DNA from: a virus
IMG/VR virus record: IMGVR_UViG_3300045960_000114
Location: 32,001-96,000 of that record
DNA: 64,000 nucleotides
Direction: 5' to 3' (one strand)
Below the pieces are notes generated by a model. That model had not been told where the DNA came from and did no database searches. It saw nothing but the letters and a program-made list of their open reading frames with translations. The position numbers and the translations under genes are program-made. Positions 27,691 through 36,504 of this stretch are shown here, one piece after another; positions within the stretch are counted from its first letter, which is position 1; each line of letters begins with the position of its first letter.

Positions 27691-29347
27691 TGGGCTGCGT
27701 AACGGGTATGTGATCAAAGTCACTGGCCACGTGATTCTGGGTGGCAAGGACTACGACATATCCAAAGTGGATATTGAATTCTCGCTTGGCGATGTTGGCC
27801 GGGCTGAAGTCTATATACCCGTAGGGCGTGTTGCTAAGAGTTCTAGCAACATGAACTCCATCTCCACTTCCAACGGAATGCTCGACACGATCGGCCCGAT
27901 GACACCAGCTGAAGTGCGGCTGAAATTCGAGCCGAAGGGTCAGGGCGCACCCAAGGGACGAAACTTGGGCTTTCCCGCGAACAAAGATTTTGCGGTATTT
28001 AAGGGATTCGTGCAATCTCCGGGTCAGACCAGGATTTACGGCGGTACGGCGAACATGGTGGTTAAACTGTTTGGGTTCTTAGGCAGTTTGGCTGGTGCAT
28101 CATCTTTTAACAGCGGGTTCAGGCTGTTACCTTCGGCTAATTCTGCTGTGCCAGTTCTCGTCGGGTACTCGAGTAGTTCAATGGCTGATAATATTGCTGA
28201 TTGGTACACGATTAACTTTGGCGAAAAGATCACGGAGAATATGTGGACGTTGGGTCTTTATGAAATGTTGAAGTACGCGATCGGTCAGAAGAACATGTGG
28301 AATCAACTTACAGCCGGAGCCGGGGCAACTCGTGCGGCGTTGGATAGAGTTAATGCAGGAGTTTATGGTGGATTTCCATTAAGGCTTCTCATGTTTAATA
28401 CATCCGCAAAATCGTTGGTAAGTAAGCAGATCACGCGTTTCTTTTCATACGCTATACATATGCTGTGGAAGTATGGCAAAGAGAGTGGGGGTAATTTTTT
28501 TACGGTAATAAAGCAGCTTGAGAATGCCTTTTTGTGGACGATGGTGCCAGGTATTAATAACGACGGGTTACTACCTCTCACGCAGATGCTTTCGCAGAGC
28601 TACATTACTGTGCATCCAGACGAGTATTTTGGTGAGTCGTTGGAGACGAGCTGGAACGAGGACGATTATAGCTACTTGACTGAAGTTGGCGTATTACCTG
28701 GCAATGCGAGTACGACCCCGTGGCAGGAATCTCCGACGAAGGCAAAATTTGTCGGATATGCGACGCTTAATGATATTGGGGTATCTGAAAAAGATTTATT
28801 AAAGTGGCCAGCCAGGGTAATGATTGCTCGCGCGCAACCATGGATGCTACCGCCATCCCCGTCAGCAAAAGATGGGAATAATGCTGGCGAGGAGCTGAAT
28901 GACATGTGGAGCCCTAAGTTGGCTGGCCGCGAAAAACCAGAGGATCAGCAGTGGTCTAAGCAGGAACTAGCCTATACAGAAGCACGACTGGGGTCTAACT
29001 ACGCTAAAGCTTGCCTGGTTAATGAGCTTTTTTATAACCGAAAGATGCGCTTTATGGGTAAGGCCAGGTTCGATATCTGCCCGGGCAGTACGATTGGCGT
29101 GGAGGTAGTAGAGGATCCGTTCTCAAACGTGAAACCGCAGGTGTTGTATGGCTTTGTTGAATACGTTAAGATAAATGTCGGGCTGGGTAACGGAAACCCG
29201 AATGCTTCAACCGTGTTTGGGTTGTCCAGTGTTCGTACGAAACCGGAGCACGAGCAGTACACAGTAAACAGTCATCCAATGTATCTGGCCTCCGGGAATC
29301 CGGCGGTGGGATTCAAGGGGGCTCCGCTGACGGAGGAGGCTAAATAA
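27683..29347 (+). CDS. Putative baseplate hub protein (gp27/gpD-like), AT-richer than its neighbours
   Basis: GAGGAGG RBS supports ATG 27683; C-terminal GKARFDICPGSTIGVE...YGFVEYVKI pattern. Confidence 0.55.
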   Translation: MASGLRNGYVIKVTGHVILGGKDYDISKVDIEFSLGDVGRAEVYIPVGRVAKSSSNMNSISTSNGMLDTIGPMTPAEVRLKFEPKGQGAPKGRNLGFPANKDFAVFKGFVQSPGQTRIYGGTANMVVKLFGFLGSLAGASSFNSGFRLLPSANSAVPVLVGYSSSSMADNIADWYTINFGEKITENMWTLGLYEMLKYAIGQKNMWNQLTAGAGATRAALDRVNAGVYGGFPLRLLMFNTSAKSLVSKQITRFFSYAIHMLWKYGKESGGNFFTVIKQLENAFLWTMVPGINNDGLLPLTQMLSQSYITVHPDEYFGESLETSWNEDDYSYLTEVGVLPGNASTTPWQESPTKAKFVGYATLNDIGVSEKDLLKWPARVMIARAQPWMLPPSPSAKDGNNAGEELNDMWSPKLAGREKPEDQQWSKQELAYTEARLGSNYAKACLVNELFYNRKMRFMGKARFDICPGSTIGVEVVEDPFSNVKPQVLYGFVEYVKINVGLGNGNPNASTVFGLSSVRTKPEHEQYTVNSHPMYLASGNPAVGFKGAPLTEEAK

Positions 29348-30139
29348 GTGATAAGCGATACTCCTGAGCACAAAGAGAACAACTTCCCCGTGTGGAAGCC
29401 GGAACCACCCAAGCGAAAGCCTTCCTTGGACGAGGTTTACAGCAAGTGGAAGATGGCACCCACGCCCGGCAACTTCTCGGAGCTGCTTGACTCGGCCAGG
29501 CCGGTGATGAACTCAGCGCTCACCACCTACGCAGGCGGCAACAAGTCGTACCTGGGCCACGCCAAGCTGCTGGCAGCCAAAGCTTTCAGGACATACGACC
29601 CGACCCGGGGAGTTAAGCTGCATACTCACCTGATCACGCAGATGCAGCCGCTCATGCGCACAGCGCGCGAGCACAACATGCCAGTTTACGTGCCGGAGCG
29701 TGTGAGCATCGAGGGTGCCCACCTCAGGCGGGCTGAGCGTGAGCTGAATGAAAAACTGGGTCGGGAACCAGCTGACACTGAGTTGGCGGATCACACCGGC
29801 CTATCCTTGAAACGAATCCTCCACATCCGGAAATTCAACCGAGGTGATGTACCTGAGTCTGGGTTGACCATGCGGGCAGAAGACGGTGAGGAGGAAGTTT
29901 TTCACCCGGCCATGGAGACGAAGGACCACAACAAGGTCTTCCTGGAGTACGTTCACCACGACCTGGACCCCATCAACCAGAAGATACTGGAGTGGAAGAC
30001 AGGGCTCAATGGAGTCAGGGTGTTGTCAAACAACGAGATCGCAAGGCGGCTGAAACTGTCACCCGCAGCCATTTCGCAGCGGTCGGCGAAGATCGCGCAG
30101 ATGGTGGCTGAAGCACAATCTACGGAGGGTTTGAAATGA
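29348..30139 (+). CDS. RNA polymerase sigma factor (sigma70 family, FliA/SigB-like architecture)
   Basis: Region 2 YDPTRGVKLHTH; region 3 LGREPADTELA; region 4 HTH LSNNEIARRLKLSPAAISQR; GGAGG RBS. Confidence 0.85.
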   Translation: MISDTPEHKENNFPVWKPEPPKRKPSLDEVYSKWKMAPTPGNFSELLDSARPVMNSALTTYAGGNKSYLGHAKLLAAKAFRTYDPTRGVKLHTHLITQMQPLMRTAREHNMPVYVPERVSIEGAHLRRAERELNEKLGREPADTELADHTGLSLKRILHIRKFNRGDVPESGLTMRAEDGEEEVFHPAMETKDHNKVFLEYVHHDLDPINQKILEWKTGLNGVRVLSNNEIARRLKLSPAAISQRSAKIAQMVAEAQSTEGLK

Positions 30140-30573
30140 TCGACCCTCAACTTGAGCAAAGCGTCGTTCCATACATGATCCAGACGGAGAAGCGCATCTC
30201 GGAGAAGATGAAGGCCGGCGGCGACCGGCCCTGGCTCGATTTTGCTGATTACAAGGGACTGACTCCGGCGGGGAAGTTTGACTTTGCCAAACTGCACGAG
30301 AATTTCAACCGGAAGTCAGCCACGGATGATTACGCGAGCAAACGAAAACAACGGGATGCCCAGGTGAAGGACATCCAAACGTCCAAACTGTCGATCGACT
30401 TCCTGTCAGGCTGTGAGCGCGATTGGCGCATGCGCACGCGCAGCCGGGTCCGCATGTTCGTGCACGCAGAGGTCACCTCGCCGGCTGCCCTTGGCGACTC
30501 AGCTGGCCCGCTGCGGAAGAACACAATCGACTGGATGTCGAATATCATGGTTGAGGAGCCAGACAAGCAATGA
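30136..30573 (+). CDS. Hypothetical protein
   Basis: ATGA-coupled to both neighbours. Confidence 0.7.
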   Translation: MIDPQLEQSVVPYMIQTEKRISEKMKAGGDRPWLDFADYKGLTPAGKFDFAKLHENFNRKSATDDYASKRKQRDAQVKDIQTSKLSIDFLSGCERDWRMRTRSRVRMFVHAEVTSPAALGDSAGPLRKNTIDWMSNIMVEEPDKQ

Positions 30574-31043
30574 GCACTTCAACCAACTACAGCGGCAGGA
30601 CGGTTGACCTGCTGATTTTTCAAAACACGAAGCCCTCTGGAAACCAGAAGATCTTCATGGGATTCGGCACGGGCGGTGAGTTGACGACTGGCGTCCAGAA
30701 GGTGTCGCAGACCTTCACCACGATCCTGCTGACTGACATAGGCTCGGTGTACGACCAGCCTGATTACGGGACCGATCTGATACTGTCCATACAGTCTGGA
30801 CAGACGCAGAACGGAAGCGATCTCGAATCGGCGTTCAACATCGCAGCGGCGGCTGCAAAGTCGATCATGGATCAGGCCGCCGAAGATGCAGGTGCGCCGC
30901 CAGATGAGCGCTTGAGCACGGCTGTGCTCTCGGACTACATCCTGGACAAGAACAGTGGGAAGATCGTATTGACCGTGGTGATCACCACGGAGGCCGGTGC
31001 AAGTGCGACCATCTACCTGCCTGTGAGTGTGCCCATCACATGA
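30570..31043 (+). CDS. Baseplate wedge protein (T4 gp25/gpW-like)
   Basis: LLTDIGS...PDYGTDL motif; 157 aa. Confidence 0.7.
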   Translation: MSTSTNYSGRTVDLLIFQNTKPSGNQKIFMGFGTGGELTTGVQKVSQTFTTILLTDIGSVYDQPDYGTDLILSIQSGQTQNGSDLESAFNIAAAAAKSIMDQAAEDAGAPPDERLSTAVLSDYILDKNSGKIVLTVVITTEAGASATIYLPVSVPIT

Positions 31044-34000
31044 ACATGCGCGACCTGAAAGCGTCGTTGTATAAACGGGTGCTGACCAAGCGGGCGGCGC
31101 TGAAGCCCGACATCACCCTGCTGCCGCACCAGGAACGCGTGGTGTCCAAATGGCAGGGCGAGGACCAGCCGCCGGGCATGCTGGTCTATCACGGGCTGGG
31201 CAGCGGCAAGACCCCCACGTCGATCGCCGTCGGCGAGTCCATGCCGGGCATCAAGAACGTGGTCGTGCCTGCCGCGCTGCGCGAGAACTACCGCAAGCAG
31301 CTGCGCCAGTTCTCCACCGACCCTCGCAAGTACCATGTCATGTCTTACGAAGAGGCATTGAAAGGCAAGCCGGAATCATCGCTCACCGTTTTCGACGAGG
31401 CGCATCGGATGGGACGTGAAGGGACAGCCATTAGTATGCTGCCCCGACGGATGACAGGTAGAAAGCTGCTGCTGACAGGCACCCCGGTACGTAACGAGCC
31501 GTCGGAGATCGTGCCGCTGCTCAAGGCCATCGCCCCGGATCGGCCCATCCCGAAGACGCAGGAGGCGTTCAATCAGCAGTTTATTCGCACGCAGCTGGTT
31601 CATCCCGACATCCTCACGCGGCTGTTCCTGGGGATCAAACCAGGCGAGCGGCAGGTGTTCACGGAGCCTGAGAAGTTCAAAAAGCTGGTTGAGGGGCGTG
31701 TCGACTACCAGCCGTCGAAAGGCGAGTTCCCGGGGTTTGATGAAAAGCACATCGACGTGGACATGACACCAGAGCAGTCGGATCTGTACCGGGGCGTGAT
31801 GAGTGGCAGTCCGATGGCCTGGAAGATCCGGCTCAACCTGCCGCCTAGCAAGGCAGAATCAGCCCGGCTGAACTCGTTTTTGTCGGGTGTGCGGCAGATC
31901 TCTAATAATCCCTCCGCTTACGACAAGCGGCTGGTGGGCGACCCTGTCGATCACTCCCCGAAGCTGCAGCGTATGGTGGATGACGTGCAGAAGGGGTTGA
32001 AAAACACGGCCAACTTCAAAGGGCTGGTCTACTCGAACTACCTTGATGCCGGGATCGTGCCCATGGCCAACCGGCTGACAAAGCTGGGCATCCCCAATGC
32101 CGTCTTCACCGGCGAGCTGAATGACAAGCTGCGTAAGAAGGTCATCGAAGACTACAACAAGGGCGACATCAAGGTGCTGCTGGTGTCTGGTGCCGGATCG
32201 GAAGGGCTGGACTTGAAGGGTACCAAGATGGTACAGGTCATGGAGCCGCATTGGAACCTGGCGCGCACCAAGCAGGTGATCGGGCGCGCCATCCGTCATC
32301 AGAGCCACTCGCACCTGCCGCCGGAGGAGCGGTTTGTTACCGTCAACTGGTACCACTCGAAGCCGCAGCAATCGTTCCTGTCACGCTGGGGGCTGCTGCC
32401 GCCTGATCGCGGGGTTGATCGATACCTGTACAGCCGCGCAGTCGAGAAGCAGCAGATCATCAACCAGATGCTGAGCTCGCTGAAGGAAGTAGGCGCGCAG
32501 AAGCCGCAAGAGGCCGCGCCATTGACTAAGGCAGCATTTACCATACCCGACCCTTTACTGGATTACCTGGCTAGCGTTGCTGGTCTGAGAAAACTGCAGA
32601 CGCTGGCCCGTAAGTACCGCGCCGGCGCGTCAGCGATCGAGCAGACGGCTGACCTGCTTACTCCCCCGCGCGAGCTGACACCGGTAAAGATGGAAGAGGA
32701 GAAGGAGGCCGGCGTCAAAGCAGCGGTGGTTGATTATGCGGAAGGGCTGCCGGATCCTAAGCGTTTTGGCGACCCCCGTCAGATCCTGAAGAACAAGCTG
32801 CTCGAATGGGTTGTGCAGGAACACAAGGCGCGTCGCGCGGGTCGGCACCTGGACGTGCGCTTTGGCGAGCCGGGCGGCGGGCCGTCGCTTTATTCGTGGG
32901 CAACCAAGAAGGAGCTGCCTAAGCCGGGCGAGCGCCCGATCTCCCTGTTCCAGCAGCCGCTGCATCGCGGGACGTACGCCGATTTCCAGGGTACCATTCC
33001 GTCCGGATATGGCGCTGGCGAGGTCAAACAGCACGATCGCGGCAAGATCTCCGTGACGGAGGCCACGCGCGACAAGATCAAGTTTGTGACGCTCCACAAG
33101 GGTGACCCTGAATACTTCACTATGATCCGCCAGACTGGGGTACCCAAAAACCCCCAAACGGCGCGCATGCGGCGCACCCAGGGTGGTTCCTGGCTTCTGA
33201 TCAATACCACCCCGCTCAAAGCCGAGCAGGTGTTGGGCGGTCCCGCCAGCCAGGTGGGCATGAACAAGCTGAAGTTCACGTCCATTCCAGCTGAGAAGGT
33301 GGATAAGATCTTTGATCCGAACTTCCTGGTGCAGTCGAAGATCGACGGCGCGTCGCTGCTTTACCACGTCATGCAGGACAAGATCGAGGCGGTGTCTTAC
33401 CGGCAGAGCAAGGCTGGACGCCCGATCGTTCACACACAGCGTATGTTTGGGCTGGGCGGCGCGAAGCCCAAGGACCTGCCGCCTGAGCTGTCTGGAACCA
33501 TATTGCGCGGCGAGGCGTACGGCGTGCGCGACAATAAGGCCATACCGCCGCAGGAGCTGGGCGGGCTGCTTAATGCTTCGGCGTTGAAATCGCTGGGCGA
33601 GCAGGCGCGCCGGAAGATCCAGATGCGAAACATGGTCTTCGACGTGGTACGTCGGGGCAAGGAGCCGGTGCAGCCAGGTGAGCGCTGGAAAACGCTTGAG
33701 GAGGTCTCCAAGTACCTTCCCCCGAACCTGTTCCATCTGCCTGAGACAGCCACCACGCCTGACGAGGCCAAGTCACTGTGGAATCGCATCCAGAGTGGTG
33801 AACACCCCCTGACTAGCGAAGGTGTAATCGGCTGGCCGAAGGGCGACGGTCGGCCCGTCAAGGTCAAGGTCATGCCGGAGTCGGACGTGTGGGTAAAAGG
33901 TGTCTTCCCGGGTGAAGGGAAGTACAAAGGCACACATGCCGGCGGCTTCGAGTATGCTACTGCTCCTGAAGGCAGCGTGGTGGGCCGGGTTGGCACGGGT

Positions 34001-34855
34001 TTGTCGGACGAAGCGCGCAGAAGCCTAGCGGAAGAGCCTGAGAAGTGGGTTGACCGTATGGCGCGCATCAGGTCGCAGGGCAAGTTCCCCGGGGGTGCCC
34101 ATCGTGCGCCTTCATTCATCGCACTACACGAGGACTATCCGCAGAAGACTGCCCAGGCTGAGCCCGTGCAGGCGGGAATGACTCAGTCCAACCTGAACAA
34201 GCTCCGCGAAGCCATTGGCGCGAAAGCGCCCATACTTCGCGACCCCAAGGCTGAGCACATGGGTGTGTACGTCCACCCAGAGTCGCAGCAGTACATCAAG
34301 GGGTTGGTTGAAAAACTACCGCCCAAGACGCGCAAGACGCTGACACCGAGCTTGCGGCGCATGTTGCGTAAGTATGGCCTGATCTACGGATCCGACGTGA
34401 ATAAGCCGGCAGTAGCCGCGCATGAGATGGGTCATTCGACTGGTTCGAACGTGATGCTGCCCGTGGAGGCAGCCCAGATGAACGCCAGCCCCTTGTTTGG
34501 TGGCCTGCTGGCGAGCGGGATGGCAGCCCACACCTTGCGCAATCCGCCTATTGGATTGGGATCTTCCTTGGCGCGTGTTGGCCTGACTGGCGCGGCAGGT
34601 GCCGGCGCCGGGCTCCTGTTTCATTTACCCACCCTTTTTGAAGAGGGACGTGCCAGCCTTCGCGGCCTTAAAGCCTTGCGTGAGGCGGGTTTCTCTGATA
34701 AAGATGTTAGCGAGGCGCGTGGTGACATGTGGAATGCGTACAAGTCGTATCTTTCGCATGCTACGCTCAGGCCAGCCGCCTACGCAGCTTTAGGCACGGG
34801 TGCCGCGCTTGGCGCCACGGGCTTGAAGGCGCTCCTGAAGAAGTGGCGGAGGTAG
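31040..34855 (+). CDS. Multidomain protein: SNF2-type helicase, LigD-type 3'-phosphoesterase, ATP-dependent DNA ligase and HExxH membrane metallopeptidase
   Basis: YHGLGSGKT, DEAH, LTGTP, GSEGLDL, EPHWN, QVIGRAIR; VVQEHKARRAGRHLDVR...GYGAGEV; KIDG, GEAY, VFDVV, EGVI, VGTGLSD; AAHEMGH with hydrophobic helices. Confidence 0.85.
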   Translation: MNMRDLKASLYKRVLTKRAALKPDITLLPHQERVVSKWQGEDQPPGMLVYHGLGSGKTPTSIAVGESMPGIKNVVVPAALRENYRKQLRQFSTDPRKYHVMSYEEALKGKPESSLTVFDEAHRMGREGTAISMLPRRMTGRKLLLTGTPVRNEPSEIVPLLKAIAPDRPIPKTQEAFNQQFIRTQLVHPDILTRLFLGIKPGERQVFTEPEKFKKLVEGRVDYQPSKGEFPGFDEKHIDVDMTPEQSDLYRGVMSGSPMAWKIRLNLPPSKAESARLNSFLSGVRQISNNPSAYDKRLVGDPVDHSPKLQRMVDDVQKGLKNTANFKGLVYSNYLDAGIVPMANRLTKLGIPNAVFTGELNDKLRKKVIEDYNKGDIKVLLVSGAGSEGLDLKGTKMVQVMEPHWNLARTKQVIGRAIRHQSHSHLPPEERFVTVNWYHSKPQQSFLSRWGLLPPDRGVDRYLYSRAVEKQQIINQMLSSLKEVGAQKPQEAAPLTKAAFTIPDPLLDYLASVAGLRKLQTLARKYRAGASAIEQTADLLTPPRELTPVKMEEEKEAGVKAAVVDYAEGLPDPKRFGDPRQILKNKLLEWVVQEHKARRAGRHLDVRFGEPGGGPSLYSWATKKELPKPGERPISLFQQPLHRGTYADFQGTIPSGYGAGEVKQHDRGKISVTEATRDKIKFVTLHKGDPEYFTMIRQTGVPKNPQTARMRRTQGGSWLLINTTPLKAEQVLGGPASQVGMNKLKFTSIPAEKVDKIFDPNFLVQSKIDGASLLYHVMQDKIEAVSYRQSKAGRPIVHTQRMFGLGGAKPKDLPPELSGTILRGEAYGVRDNKAIPPQELGGLLNASALKSLGEQARRKIQMRNMVFDVVRRGKEPVQPGERWKTLEEVSKYLPPNLFHLPETATTPDEAKSLWNRIQSGEHPLTSEGVIGWPKGDGRPVKVKVMPESDVWVKGVFPGEGKYKGTHAGGFEYATAPEGSVVGRVGTGLSDEARRSLAEEPEKWVDRMARIRSQGKFPGGAHRAPSFIALHEDYPQKTAQAEPVQAGMTQSNLNKLREAIGAKAPILRDPKAEHMGVYVHPESQQYIKGLVEKLPPKTRKTLTPSLRRMLRKYGLIYGSDVNKPAVAAHEMGHSTGSNVMLPVEAAQMNASPLFGGLLASGMAAHTLRNPPIGLGSSLARVGLTGAAGAGAGLLFHLPTLFEEGRASLRGLKALREAGFSDKDVSEARGDMWNAYKSYLSHATLRPAAYAALGTGAALGATGLKALLKKWRR

Positions 34856-34858
34856 CCC

Positions 34859-36490
34859 ATGGCCGACATCACCATCGATAGCATTGACAAGGACCAGGCA
34901 TCAGCAGCCGAAGCGTTTCTGGTCGACTGGCTGAAGGTCAACTACCCTTCACTCGATCTGAGCGAAGGGCGCGTCCTGCGCGATATCCTGATACGCCCGG
35001 CGGCCTTGTTTTACGCGCTTAACCAGACCAACCTGCAGGTGATGAAGAACTCGATGTCGGTTGCAGCCATCGAGGGCAACGTCGAGCCTGTTGACGACAC
35101 AATAGTTGACCTGACGGTTTCGAATTTCAAGCTGACCCGGATTCCGGGCGTTGTCTCGACGGGCAAGATTGCCATCGTTCTGAGCACGCTGCGCACGACC
35201 AGCGTGCCGGTGGGAACCGTCTTCACGCTGGGTGAGCTGACATTCGTCACCGAAACATCGTTCGTTGGTGTGACGACTTCTGACGCCGTGCTCGACTCGA
35301 CGACCCAGCGGTTGATCACGCAGCGCACCGACGGCAACTACTCATTCATCATCGATGTGGTTGCTAGTACGGCGGGGTCTCAGTATGCCATCCGGCGGAA
35401 TACCACGTTTGAATCGGTGTCACCGGCCATCCCGAGCATGATCACGTCGTATGCCTCTGAAGACTTCACCACGGGGCAGGCGGAAGAGACCAATCAGGAG
35501 CTGATGGCCAGATTCCAACAGGCTATCTCACCTGCTGTTTACAGCGGTAGAACCCACATTGCTTCCAGGATGCTCGCGGCCAACGAGAACATCCGCATGC
35601 TGAGCATCATCGGCTATGGCGACGCCGAGATGCTTCGTGACCGGCACAACATCTTTGCCGTCAGCCATGGCGGCAAGGCGGACATCTACGTCAGGACGCG
35701 GGATTACCCCCAGACGATCCTGGTGAACAAGACGGCCACGCTCATTGATGCCAACACGAAGACGTTCCAGGTGACGCTCGGACGTGATGATGCGCCCGGT
35801 TTCTACACCGTTGAATCGGTGCTGCCCGCCAATGCGCCGCAGGATCAGGGGACACTTGAGGTAACGAGCGTCACCAAAGGGCTGGACCTGTCGCAGACGA
35901 CCAACGAGTTCGTGCCCGAGATCGCCACGTTGATTGAGGGAGCCTACAGCCGATACCAGACGGCGGTGATCCGTTTCGTGGATCCGACCAACGACGGAAG
36001 CAACATGTCCTACGATGTTTACGTAAACTACATGCCTGGGCTGGCTGACCTTCAGAGCGACTCTATCAACAGGGACAACCGCAATCCGCAGGCAGACTAC
36101 CTGGTACGTGCGCCGATCCCAGCCTACGCGTCGGTATCGATGCTGATACAGTACACGACCTCGGAATTGCCGAATACTGATAGCATCAAGCAGGCTGTGG
36201 CTGACGCCGTGAATGCACTGACTTTCTCGCTGGGCCAGCTACCGGCTTCCATCATCCATGACGCCGTTTACACCGTTTTGGACAAGAGGTACGCCGTCGT
36301 GGTTTCTCCGTTGGACATCTACTGCCGGATCCACAAGCCGGATGGTACAATCGTTGCCATCCGGTCGCCGAATGGAATCTCGGCACCGAGCGAGCCGGAG
36401 AATTGCGTCACATCAAGAACGACGCTGTTCTACCTGACGCCGGCAAGCGTGGACATTACGTTGCAGCGCGTGCAGACGCTGCCAGTGTAG
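34859..36490 (+). CDS. Baseplate J-like wedge protein (T4 gp6 analog)
   Basis: GRVLRDILIRP, VPVGTVF, AGSQYAI, GQAEETNQELMAR; HGGKADIYV. Confidence 0.8.
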   Translation: MADITIDSIDKDQASAAEAFLVDWLKVNYPSLDLSEGRVLRDILIRPAALFYALNQTNLQVMKNSMSVAAIEGNVEPVDDTIVDLTVSNFKLTRIPGVVSTGKIAIVLSTLRTTSVPVGTVFTLGELTFVTETSFVGVTTSDAVLDSTTQRLITQRTDGNYSFIIDVVASTAGSQYAIRRNTTFESVSPAIPSMITSYASEDFTTGQAEETNQELMARFQQAISPAVYSGRTHIASRMLAANENIRMLSIIGYGDAEMLRDRHNIFAVSHGGKADIYVRTRDYPQTILVNKTATLIDANTKTFQVTLGRDDAPGFYTVESVLPANAPQDQGTLEVTSVTKGLDLSQTTNEFVPEIATLIEGAYSRYQTAVIRFVDPTNDGSNMSYDVYVNYMPGLADLQSDSINRDNRNPQADYLVRAPIPAYASVSMLIQYTTSELPNTDSIKQAVADAVNALTFSLGQLPASIIHDAVYTVLDKRYAVVVSPLDIYCRIHKPDGTIVAIRSPNGISAPSEPENCVTSRTTLFYLTPASVDITLQRVQTLPV

Positions 36491-36504
36491 GAGCCTAATA
36501 CCCT

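Noticed and set aside
31040-32520. Window as a eukaryotic giant virus because of the D6/D11-like helicase and DUF5661-like module
   Set aside because: Shine-Dalgarno sites, coupled operons, a sigma factor, intrinsic terminators, a contractile tail and a phage-type terminase all indicate a bacteriophage.
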